Shown here: positions 34,928 to 42,299 of the stretch, piece after piece | How the letters are laid out: every line of letters starts with the position of its first letter | Position numbering within the stretch: position 1 is the first letter of the stretch | Translations under genes and position numbers: made by a program | Assembly: GCA_046483735.1 (NCBI GenBank) | Contig: JAWOCP010000072.1 | Coordinates: 1 to 42,299 of the forward strand | DNA from: Dehalococcoidia bacterium | GTDB taxonomy: Bacteria > Chloroflexota > Dehalococcoidia > GIF9 > AB-539-J10 | Reading direction: 5' to 3' | Length of the DNA: 42,299 nucleotides | Notes under the pieces: generated by a model | What the model saw: the letters and a program-made list of their open reading frames with translations, nothing else | What the model was told of the DNA's origin: nothing | Databases searched by the model: none

Positions 34928-37661
34928 TGTTGTCAGCCATCTCGCCCCAGTTCCTGCCCAGCTTGATGTCCACTTTCAAGGGGACACGGAGTTCAACAGC
35001 CCCGGGCATGAGCTCGGCAACCAGGGATTTGATTTCCTCCAGTTCTTCCTCAGGCACCTCGAAGAGCAAATCATCGTGTATTTGTAACAGCATCTTGCTC
35101 TTGAGATTCCGCCTTTCCATTTCCCGATGTAGATTTATCATGGCAATCTTAATGATATCGGCAGAGCTGCCCTGCACCGGGGCATTTATCGCCATACGCT
35201 CGGCAGCCTCCCTGACCACCCGGTTCGAGGAAGTAGTCTCGGGCAGGAGCCGCCGCCTGCCCGAGACTGTCTGGACATAGCCCAGTTTCCGAGCCTGCTC
35301 CTTGGTTGCCTCAAGATATTCCTTCACCCTGGGATATTTCTCAAAATACAGGGTGATAAACTGGGAAGCTTCCTCCCGGCTGAGATTGGTGGCTTGCTCC
35401 AATCCGTAATCGCTCATGCCATAAACAACTCCAAAATTGACCGTCTTGGCATTTCGGCGCATCTCGGAAGTTACTTCGTCCCTGGAAACGCCAAAGAGCT
35501 TGGAGGCAGTCGTGGCGTGGATATCCTCGTCCCGGGCAAAGGAGGCAATGAGACCGGGGTCTTGAGAGAGGTGTGCCAGGACTCTGAGGTCAATCTGGGA
35601 GTAATCGGCGCTCAGAAGATATGTCCCGGGCGGAGCTATGATTGCTTTCCTTATCTTGCTTCCCATCTCCCCCCTTATAGGTATATTCTGAAGATTGGGC
35701 CCGCTGGAGGAGAGTCGACCGGTCGCTGTACCTGTCTGGTTGAAGGTGGTATGCACTCTCCCTGTCTTATGATTAATCAAAGCTGGCAGGGCATCGACAT
35801 AGGTGGACTTAAGCTTACTGAGCTGCCGATATTTCAATATCAGTTCGATGATGGGATGGGCGCCTTTCAGCGATTCTATGACCGAAGCTTCGGTAGAATA
35901 GCCGGTCTTCGTCTTGCGAGACTGAGGCAGCTTGAGCTCCTGGAAAAGCACCTTGCCTAATTGCTGAGGCGAGTTGATATTGAACTGGTGACCGACACTG
36001 CTGTAGATTTCCGTCTCCAGTCTCAGCAATTCCCGTCCCAACTCGACAGACATCTGACGGAGCAGGTCGGTATCCAGAAGAATGCCGTGCCTCTCCATAC
36101 CTACCAGGACAGGAATCAAGGCCATTTCCACTTCAGTGAAGAGCTGCCATAGTCCTTGCTTTCGCAGCTCAGCTTCCAAACTGTCCTTCAAACTCCAGAT
36201 GAGGTCAAACCTGGACAAGTCGTAGTCGGGAATCTGGTCTGGCCCGATGTAATCGGGGGATACGGGGCCTCGTTTCTTTCCGGCGCCAGTTACCTTAGCA
36301 GGGGTTGACATTTCAGTGCCCAGCCTGTTGAAGACCAGTGCTTCGAGCCCCAGGTTCTTCTCGCCAAGCAGATAAGCAGCGAGCATTGAGTCGAAATGCA
36401 GGTTTTCAAGCTTCACCCCAAAGCCGGCCAGTACAGCCATAACATGTTTGCCATCATGGGCGATTTTGCCTGTGCCGACGTCTTCCAGAATTGCTTTGAG
36501 CCTGGCAATGATCTCATCTGGCGGCGACTGCTGCGCCTCATATAGACCCTGGTGTCGGAGAGGTATATGGAACGCCTTTCCTGCGGCTGGCGATATCCAG
36601 ATACTAATCGGGGCGCCTGTCAGGGCCACCATGGCAGCCTTGTCGCCTCCAGTTGCAATCTCTATAACCAGGTCCTGTGCTCCGCGCAGTTCACCTGTAA
36701 GTTGTTCCAGGGCTGTCTCGTTGTTCACTACGATACAATCGGGGTGGCAACCGGACGCTGAGGGCTGATTGCTCCCGGTGTTTATCTGGGGCAGTCTGGG
36801 AAGTAATCTGATGAACTCAAGCTCCTGGAAGAGCTTTGCCACCTCTTTTCGGTCGTAGTGACTTACCCGGCAGGCTTCCAGGTCCAGCTTGATGGGAACT
36901 TCTCTGACTATGGTGGTCAGTTCTTTGCCACGGAAGGCCTGAGTGCGATGTTGGAGTAGCGTTGTCTGCAACTTGCCTGGCGTTATGTCTTCAATATGGT
37001 CGTAGATTCCCTGGAGGCTACCGTATTGCTGAAGTAATCTGGTGGCTGTCTTCTCACCAACACCTGGCAGGCCCGGTATGTTGTCCGAGACATCGCCAAC
37101 CAGTGCCTTAAGGTCAGCGAGCTGTTCCGGCTTGATGCCATATTTATCCTTTACCGCCTCCTCGTCGTAAAGGATGGTATCTGTGAAGGTCCGCTTAGGA
37201 GCGAGGGCTTTTACTCGAGGCAAAACTGCCTGGAGCATGTCATTGTCCCCGGTAACGATGATGGTCTCGACACCCTGCTCATCGGCCTGCTTACTCAGGG
37301 TGCCCAGGACGTCGTCGGCCTCGAAGCCGTCGATTTCAAAAACGGGAATATGGAAAGCCTCCACCAGCTGGTGTACCCTTTTTATCTGGCTTTTCAGCTC
37401 CTCCGGCGTGGCCGGGCGCTGCGCTTTGTACTCCTCAAACATTTCATGTCTGAAGGTCGGGGTAGGACGGTCAAAGGCGATAGCCCAATGAGTAGGCTTG
37501 AAATCGGCAAACACTTTGAGCAAGGTACTGGCAAAGCCATAGACGGCGTTTATCATCTCCCCCGTCCTAGGTTGGGTGAGGGGGGGCAGAGCGTGAAAAG
37601 CGCGATGCACCAGGGCATTGCCGTCGAAAAGCAGCAAGAGCGGTCCCCTTTCGGTCGCCAT
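34911..37661 (-). CDS. polA: DNA polymerase I
   Basis: DGNALVHRAFHA, EADDVLGT, GDVSDNIPG, FNINSPQQL, TGRLSS, ADYSQIDLR, KTVNFGVVYG, NAPVQGSSAD, QIHD. Confidence 0.98.
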   Translation of the reverse strand: MATERGPLLLLFDGNALVHRAFHALPPLTQPRTGEMINAVYGFASTLLKVFADFKPTHWAIAFDRPTPTFRHEMFEEYKAQRPATPEELKSQIKRVHQLVEAFHIPVFEIDGFEADDVLGTLSKQADEQGVETIIVTGDNDMLQAVLPRVKALAPKRTFTDTILYDEEAVKDKYGIKPEQLADLKALVGDVSDNIPGLPGVGEKTATRLLQQYGSLQGIYDHIEDITPGKLQTTLLQHRTQAFRGKELTTIVREVPIKLDLEACRVSHYDRKEVAKLFQELEFIRLLPRLPQINTGSNQPSASGCHPDCIVVNNETALEQLTGELRGAQDLVIEIATGGDKAAMVALTGAPISIWISPAAGKAFHIPLRHQGLYEAQQSPPDEIIARLKAILEDVGTGKIAHDGKHVMAVLAGFGVKLENLHFDSMLAAYLLGEKNLGLEALVFNRLGTEMSTPAKVTGAGKKRGPVSPDYIGPDQIPDYDLSRFDLIWSLKDSLEAELRKQGLWQLFTEVEMALIPVLVGMERHGILLDTDLLRQMSVELGRELLRLETEIYSSVGHQFNINSPQQLGKVLFQELKLPQSRKTKTGYSTEASVIESLKGAHPIIELILKYRQLSKLKSTYVDALPALINHKTGRVHTTFNQTGTATGRLSSSGPNLQNIPIRGEMGSKIRKAIIAPPGTYLLSADYSQIDLRVLAHLSQDPGLIASFARDEDIHATTASKLFGVSRDEVTSEMRRNAKTVNFGVVYGMSDYGLEQATNLSREEASQFITLYFEKYPRVKEYLEATKEQARKLGYVQTVSGRRRLLPETTSSNRVVREAAERMAINAPVQGSSADIIKIAMINLHREMERRNLKSKMLLQIHDDLLFEVPEEELEEIKSLVAELMPGAVELRVPLKVDIKLGRNWGEMADNIKSLL

Positions 37662-37702
37662 AGCTTCATTATACTACGGCACCGCTCTACATTGCCTGCC
37701 GA

Positions 37703-38281
37703 TCACTTCTTACTTGCTTTCGGCAATCCTAACCATCTCGGCGTCCTGTCAATATACTCACGATAGGCATCGCCGTACTTCTCAAGGCAGAAGCGTTCCT
37801 CTTCGACTGCCGAAATTCTTATCGAGACTGACTGCACAACGAAAACCAACAGGAAAACCCATGAGGCTGAAGCTATACCAACGCTAAAATATATCAACAA
37901 TGACGACAAATACAATGGATGTCTCGAATAATGGTATATCCCTCTGGTAATCGGTACATCCATCGGTGTCGTGGCAAAATTAAATGTAGCAGTCGTAAGT
38001 ACCACCAGGCCTATTAGGAAAATGGCAAGGCCAGCATAGAAACATATCGTGCCTAATTTGAGCGGCAAAAAAATAGAATACGCGACAGCCATAGTATCTA
38101 TTACCATAGATACAGAACTGACCGCCCTGTATCGTTGGCTTGTTTTCATATCAGATTGCCCTGACGCTCTCCGGTATACATCTAACCCAACAAGCCTTAC
38201 TGCGAGCGTATCTACCCACGGCCAAATCATGAAAATCCAGGCGTTCCAGACACCTATTTCAAAGGCTGGTATGAGCGAAAT
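37703..38281 (-). CDS. Isoprenylcysteine carboxyl methyltransferase/PEMT-family membrane protein, paralog B, probable AUU start
   Basis: GIYHYSRHPLY, EERFCLEKYGDAYREY. The frame extends to ATT 38281 (ISLIPAFEIGVWNAWIF), matching the paralog's MSLIPAFEIGVWNAWIF. AAGGAG 6 nt upstream. Confidence 0.85.
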   Translation of the reverse strand: MSLIPAFEIGVWNAWIFMIWPWVDTLAVRLVGLDVYRRASGQSDMKTSQRYRAVSSVSMVIDTMAVAYSIFLPLKLGTICFYAGLAIFLIGLVVLTTATFNFATTPMDVPITRGIYHYSRHPLYLSSLLIYFSVGIASASWVFLLVFVVQSVSIRISAVEEERFCLEKYGDAYREYIDRTPRWLGLPKASKK

Positions 38282-38291
38282 TTTTCTCTCC

Positions 38292-38864
38292 TTATGATTT
38301 GGGTATTCCCAGATATTTGGGGGTCCTATTCATGTATTCTCGATAGGCATCGCCATACTTCTCAAGGCAACTCTGTTCTTCAAGGGGAGCAAAATAGAAC
38401 GAAGCGGCCATCAGCAAAATGGTGAACAACAGGAAAACCCAAGAAGCCGCGGCTATGCTCACCCCCATGAAAAATACAAAAGAGGTTACGTACATGGGGT
38501 GCCTTGAGTAACGGTAAAGCCCGTTGGTTACAGGTTCACCGACGGGGCTGGCCGCCCAGTTTAATATGACTATGGCACCGGTAATAAAACCTATTAAAGT
38601 GATAGGAAAGCCTACATAAAACCACACTGTTCCCAGTTTTAGAGGCAGGAATATAGAGTATATAAAGGCCGGAATATATATTATCTTGGAAGAATAAAGT
38701 GTTATCCTTGCAGTCCTCGACAGGGCAGAAACCTGCCTTCTGCCTTCGACTTCTGGAGCCCTTCCTGTGGCGATACGGGTAAACAAGGGAAACGTTAATA
38801 CCTCAAGAAGCATGAAAATCCAGGCGTTCCAGACGCCTATTTCAAAGGCTGGTATGAGCGACAT
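38292..38864 (-). CDS. ICMT/PEMT-family membrane protein, paralog A
   Basis: GLYRYSRHPMY, EEQSCLEKYGDAYREYMNRTPKY. GGAGG RBS. Confidence 0.88.
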   Translation of the reverse strand: MSLIPAFEIGVWNAWIFMLLEVLTFPLFTRIATGRAPEVEGRRQVSALSRTARITLYSSKIIYIPAFIYSIFLPLKLGTVWFYVGFPITLIGFITGAIVILNWAASPVGEPVTNGLYRYSRHPMYVTSFVFFMGVSIAAASWVFLLFTILLMAASFYFAPLEEQSCLEKYGDAYREYMNRTPKYLGIPKS

Positions 38865-38867
38865 AAT

Positions 38868-39110
38868 TCACCTCCTCCAATTTGCTTGCCCAACCTCTTC
38901 AACTTTCGACTGTTGGGCATAGCGTTTATTGATTAGATTGCAGCCACGGTAGCCTTCCTGGCTGCTCAAACACATCTTGTCAGGATTCCCTTTGGAAAAT
39001 GTCGTGCAGCCCCAGCATTGTAGCCAAGCGAACGTGTACCACTTACCACGATTCTCCTGACGGATTTCGGTACACAGTTGCAGAGCTACTTCTCTGGGTA
39101 TAGCATTCAT
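38868..39110 (-). CDS. Small Cys-rich hypothetical protein
   Basis: GGAGG RBS; five Cys including QCWGC; 3 nt gap to the downstream gene. Confidence 0.7.
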   Translation of the reverse strand: MNAIPREVALQLCTEIRQENRGKWYTFAWLQCWGCTTFSKGNPDKMCLSSQEGYRGCNLINKRYAQQSKVEEVGQANWRR

Positions 39111-39128
39111 ACAATAACCTCCCTATTT

Positions 39129-39203
39129 AGATTATTCTTGGTTTGTGTAGTTGTCAATACCTCTTCGCCTTCATTGACAAGCTAGCCATAGAGGGATAAT
39201 AAT
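39129..39203. promoter_or_regulatory. Back-to-back divergent sigma70 promoters
   Basis: Minus strand: TTGACA (39157..39152)-17 nt-TAATCT. Plus strand: TTGACA (39174..39179) with an AT-rich -10 region near 39195..39203. Confidence 0.55.
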
Positions 39204-39229
39204 TACACGAATCTTTCCAGGACCATCTG

Positions 39230-39763
39230 ATGTCGAAAAAGCTAACGGTAATCCCTGAACAGTGTTCCGGTTGCAGAATCTGTGAACTTGTATGTGCAAT
39301 CAAACATTTTGGAGTGAACAATCCCAAGAAGGCGGCCATAAGAGTCTTGACCACATATCCTCAACCGGTCGTGAGAATGCCGATTGTGTGCAGCCAGTGT
39401 AAAGTGCCGGCATGTGCACAAGTATGTCCCACCGATGCCTTGCGATGGCTTGATGGCGTTGTGCAACTGGATGAGGAGAATTGCAGCTCTTGTTACAAAT
39501 GCGTGGAAGCCTGTCCTTTTGGAGCAATATATATACACGAAGATTATGACCTGCCCATCAAGTGTGATATGTGTGGAGGAGACCCGGAGTGCGTCAGGAA
39601 ATGTCCCAAGGGAGCACTCAGGCTGATACCGGAGGCTGCCCTGGGCGAATCAAGGCGTCTCAACAACGTCCTCAGCTACACTCAGATGAAAGAAATTGAG
39701 TTCTATGAGAAGGGCGAAAAGAAGGTCATCCGCTATGCTGAGGTAGGAAAAGAAGAGCTATGA
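39230..39763 (+). CDS. 4Fe-4S dicluster electron-transfer subunit (DmsB/HydN-like) partnering AOR
   Basis: CSGCRICELVC, CSQC.VPACAQVCP, CSSCYKCVEACP, KCDMCGGDPECVRKCP; ATGA overlap with aor. Confidence 0.92.
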   Translation: MSKKLTVIPEQCSGCRICELVCAIKHFGVNNPKKAAIRVLTTYPQPVVRMPIVCSQCKVPACAQVCPTDALRWLDGVVQLDEENCSSCYKCVEACPFGAIYIHEDYDLPIKCDMCGGDPECVRKCPKGALRLIPEAALGESRRLNNVLSYTQMKEIEFYEKGEKKVIRYAEVGKEEL

Positions 39764-41589
39764 GCATAAAGAGCGGATATTTCAAGCAACACCTGCACAT
39801 AGATCTTACCAGAGGCACTGCTGAGCGCCGAACTATTGCGGACGCTTTCATCGAAGAATATATCGGGGGACGTGGCTTTGGTGCGAAACTGGTCTGGGAC
39901 AACCTGAGGAAGCATGATTTCAAGATAGATCCCCTTGGCCCTGAGAATCTTCTGGTTGTGGCGCCGGGACCTCTGACCGGAGTATACCTGCCCTCATCGG
40001 GAAAGAACTCCTTTGTTGCTATCTCACCGGCTACCGGGCTCTACGGTGATTCTTCCATGGGTGGCGGCTTCGGTATCGAACTCCGACAAACGGGCGTCGA
40101 TGTTCTCTCTATTGATGGCAAGGCACCGGAACTATCTGTTGTTTTTATCGACAATGGTGACACGACAATCATTCCCATGCCTGAACTGAAAAGAACAAGC
40201 TGCCTGGAAGCGGAAGGGATGATCAAGGAGCGGCTGGGCACTCACGCAATCCATGTTGCCGCGATAGGCATTGGGGGTGAGAACCTTGTTAAGTTCGCCA
40301 GTGTCAACACCGACTGGAGCCGCAATGCTGGCAGGGCTGGGATGGGCGCAATCATGGGGGCCAAGAACCTCAAGGCAATTGTTGTTCGGGGGCACAGGGA
40401 CCTTCCCGTCTACGATTTGGCCGGGCTGACGGCAGAAGCTGACCAGGCCTTCAAGTATATGGAGGAACACAAATATTTCAAGCTGTGGCAACAGGAAGGC
40501 CTGATGAACGTCATCGACTACGCCAACGAGAAAGGGATTCTGCCGACATACAATTTCAAGGATAGCGTTTTTGCCAAGCATGACCAGGTCAACGGCACGA
40601 CAATGTTACACCGCTACAAGATAGGTGATAGCGCATGCTTTTCCTGTCCCATGTGTTGCGGCAATATCTGCCTCGTTAAGAGCGGAAAATTTGCGGGCAC
40701 GGTAGTCGAGGGACCGGAATATGAAACCTGTGCTATGCTGGGACCAAACCTGGGGATTGACAACTTCGCTGCCATACTTTCTGCAACCCGGCTGTGCGAT
40801 GAACTGGGTATAGATACAATCTCCACAGGCAACCTCGTGGGAGCTACGATAGAGGGGTACGAAAAGGGGATTCTGTCGCTCGGCGACCTCGATGGCAGAG
40901 AGATCGCCTGGGGAGATGAGGACGCCATCCTGGGACTGATAGAGAAAATTGCCTACCGGCAGGGCATCGGCGACGTCCTTGCTGATGGCTCCCGTCGTAT
41001 TATTGAGAAGTGGCCCGAAATGGACAAAATCATCCTCCAGGTCAAGGGCCTTGAGCAGTCGGCCTACGACAGCCGCGCCAGCATTTCCATGGGACTGGCC
41101 TATGCTACCTCCGACATAGGTGCGCATCACACACGGGCCTGGACGATTGCCAAGGAAATGGAAGAGGGGCAGAACTGGACTGACGACGAGAAGGTTGACA
41201 CCGTATTATATCACCAGAAACTGCGCCCCTTGTTTGATATGCTTGGTGTTTGCCGATTGCCCTGGATTGAACTCGGGCTGAGTGAGCAGCACTATGCGAA
41301 CTTCTACAAATATGTCACCGGAAACGAAGCGTCCCTTGAGGAGCTTCTGGAGCTCTCGAATGACATATACGACCTGACAAGACTGATAAATGCCCGCCTC
41401 GGTATGAGCCGCAAAGATGACAAGCTTCCCCACAAAGTCTGGGCCAATCCTGCTCTCACGGGTCCGAACGCGGGCAAGGTGATTGACCGGGAAGATTTCC
41501 AGAAGCTTCTTTCACTGTACTATCAGAAGCGCGGCTGGGATGAAAACGGCATTCCACCAGCTGAGGTGGAAGAGAAGTTTTCAGACTAG
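39760..41589 (+). CDS. aor: Tungsten aldehyde:ferredoxin oxidoreductase family
   Basis: YIGGRG, DPLGPEN, SPATG, AGRAGMGAIMGAKNLKA, CFSCPMCC, GPEYET, DELGIDTIS, VKGLE, GAHH, YYQKRGWD. Confidence 0.93.
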   Translation: MSIKSGYFKQHLHIDLTRGTAERRTIADAFIEEYIGGRGFGAKLVWDNLRKHDFKIDPLGPENLLVVAPGPLTGVYLPSSGKNSFVAISPATGLYGDSSMGGGFGIELRQTGVDVLSIDGKAPELSVVFIDNGDTTIIPMPELKRTSCLEAEGMIKERLGTHAIHVAAIGIGGENLVKFASVNTDWSRNAGRAGMGAIMGAKNLKAIVVRGHRDLPVYDLAGLTAEADQAFKYMEEHKYFKLWQQEGLMNVIDYANEKGILPTYNFKDSVFAKHDQVNGTTMLHRYKIGDSACFSCPMCCGNICLVKSGKFAGTVVEGPEYETCAMLGPNLGIDNFAAILSATRLCDELGIDTISTGNLVGATIEGYEKGILSLGDLDGREIAWGDEDAILGLIEKIAYRQGIGDVLADGSRRIIEKWPEMDKIILQVKGLEQSAYDSRASISMGLAYATSDIGAHHTRAWTIAKEMEEGQNWTDDEKVDTVLYHQKLRPLFDMLGVCRLPWIELGLSEQHYANFYKYVTGNEASLEELLELSNDIYDLTRLINARLGMSRKDDKLPHKVWANPALTGPNAGKVIDREDFQKLLSLYYQKRGWDENGIPPAEVEEKFSD

Positions 41590-41624
41590 CTTCTGCGGTG
41601 TCATTCATCCGTTCTGGATAAGCT

Positions 41625-42122
41625 ATGGAAACCAAATTCATTGCAGACAACAACGTCGGCAAGCTTGCTCGATGGTTAAGGCTGATTGGCTACGACACTG
41701 TGCTGTTCAAGCAGAAAGACGACGGCAGGATGATCAACACGGCTCTTAATGAAGATAGGGTGATTTTGACGAAGGACAGTCAGTTCATGAAAAGACGCCT
41801 GGTTACAGATGGCAAACTCAAGACCGTACTGATTGAACATGATGATCCTGAAAGTCAAATAAGAAGAGTGGTGGAAGCTTTGAAGTTAGATTATCATTTC
41901 AGACCCTTTTCGCTTTGTCTAGAATGTAACGAACCATTGCTGCCTCGGAGTAGAGAAGAGGTGCATAATCTGGTTCCGCCTCACGTTTCCGAGACGCAAA
42001 CTCAATACACCCAATGTCCTGCCTGCCATCGCGTCTACTGGCAGGGGACACATTGGCGGGCAATGATCAAGCAGTTGCAGGACCTGCGAGGAGAGAGCGG
42101 CGACAATCACACGGCTAGCTAA
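41625..42122 (+). CDS. Mut7-C RNase (PIN/DUF82) domain protein
   Basis: KFIADNNVGKLARWLRLIGYD, ILTKD, CLECN, CPACHRVYWQGTHW. Confidence 0.9.
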   Translation: METKFIADNNVGKLARWLRLIGYDTVLFKQKDDGRMINTALNEDRVILTKDSQFMKRRLVTDGKLKTVLIEHDDPESQIRRVVEALKLDYHFRPFSLCLECNEPLLPRSREEVHNLVPPHVSETQTQYTQCPACHRVYWQGTHWRAMIKQLQDLRGESGDNHTAS

Positions 42123-42299
42123 TGCCTGTCTTTTTGGCCTCAAGCTTCGAGGCGCGTCAACTCATACAATAATGTTACCGAACAGAGGTTGTTCCTTCAT
42201 TTAGAAATGTTACCGGGCTAATGCCGCCTCCTTTCTGGTTGTTGTGTCGGGCTGAGGGTATTCCCAGAGTTGTTGCACTGCTGCGTAGATCTGTCTGCG

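Noticed and set aside
1-42299. tRNA, rRNA, cobalamin/THF/SAM riboswitches, transposases, integrases
   Set aside because: No recognisable consensus was found by eye in the intergenic regions or ORFs; an Infernal/tRNAscan run would be needed to exclude them formally.

Overview
Gene-dense chromosomal window from an anaerobic bacterium; gene content suggests Dehalococcoidia/Chloroflexi, which is an inference. In order it holds: (i) a corrinoid-dependent methyltransferase cluster (ASKHA/RACo activator, DUF1638-like protein, two non-pyrrolysine MttB-family enzymes, corrinoid protein, methyl-THF methyltransferase, radical SAM); (ii) an RNA-metabolism trio (zinc ribbon, RRM protein, DEAD-box helicase); (iii) an ADP-forming acyl-CoA ligase and sthA; (iv) a candidate cAMP signalling module (class II-like phosphodiesterase, FecR + 7x RCC1-repeat lipoprotein, CHASE2 adenylate cyclase); (v) a minus-strand stress/redox cluster with an ArsC/Spx-fold UxxC selenoprotein and an unannotated microprotein ending CCGHPGEPGC-UGA, each followed by a SECIS-like hairpin; (vi) PPi-type pfk, fba, a GlcD/GlcF-like pair, cooC, folD, fhs and polA; (vii) two ICMT-family paralogs and a tungsten AOR pair. 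Features the ORF track misses: the two probable UGA recodings, two genes that appear to start at AUU, two copies of a composite REP-like element (one with a nested insertion), and an internally deleted phosphodiesterase fragment. The track also puts ORF 20723..21124 on the wrong strand; it is on the minus strand. All family assignments come from reading motifs by eye, with no database searches.
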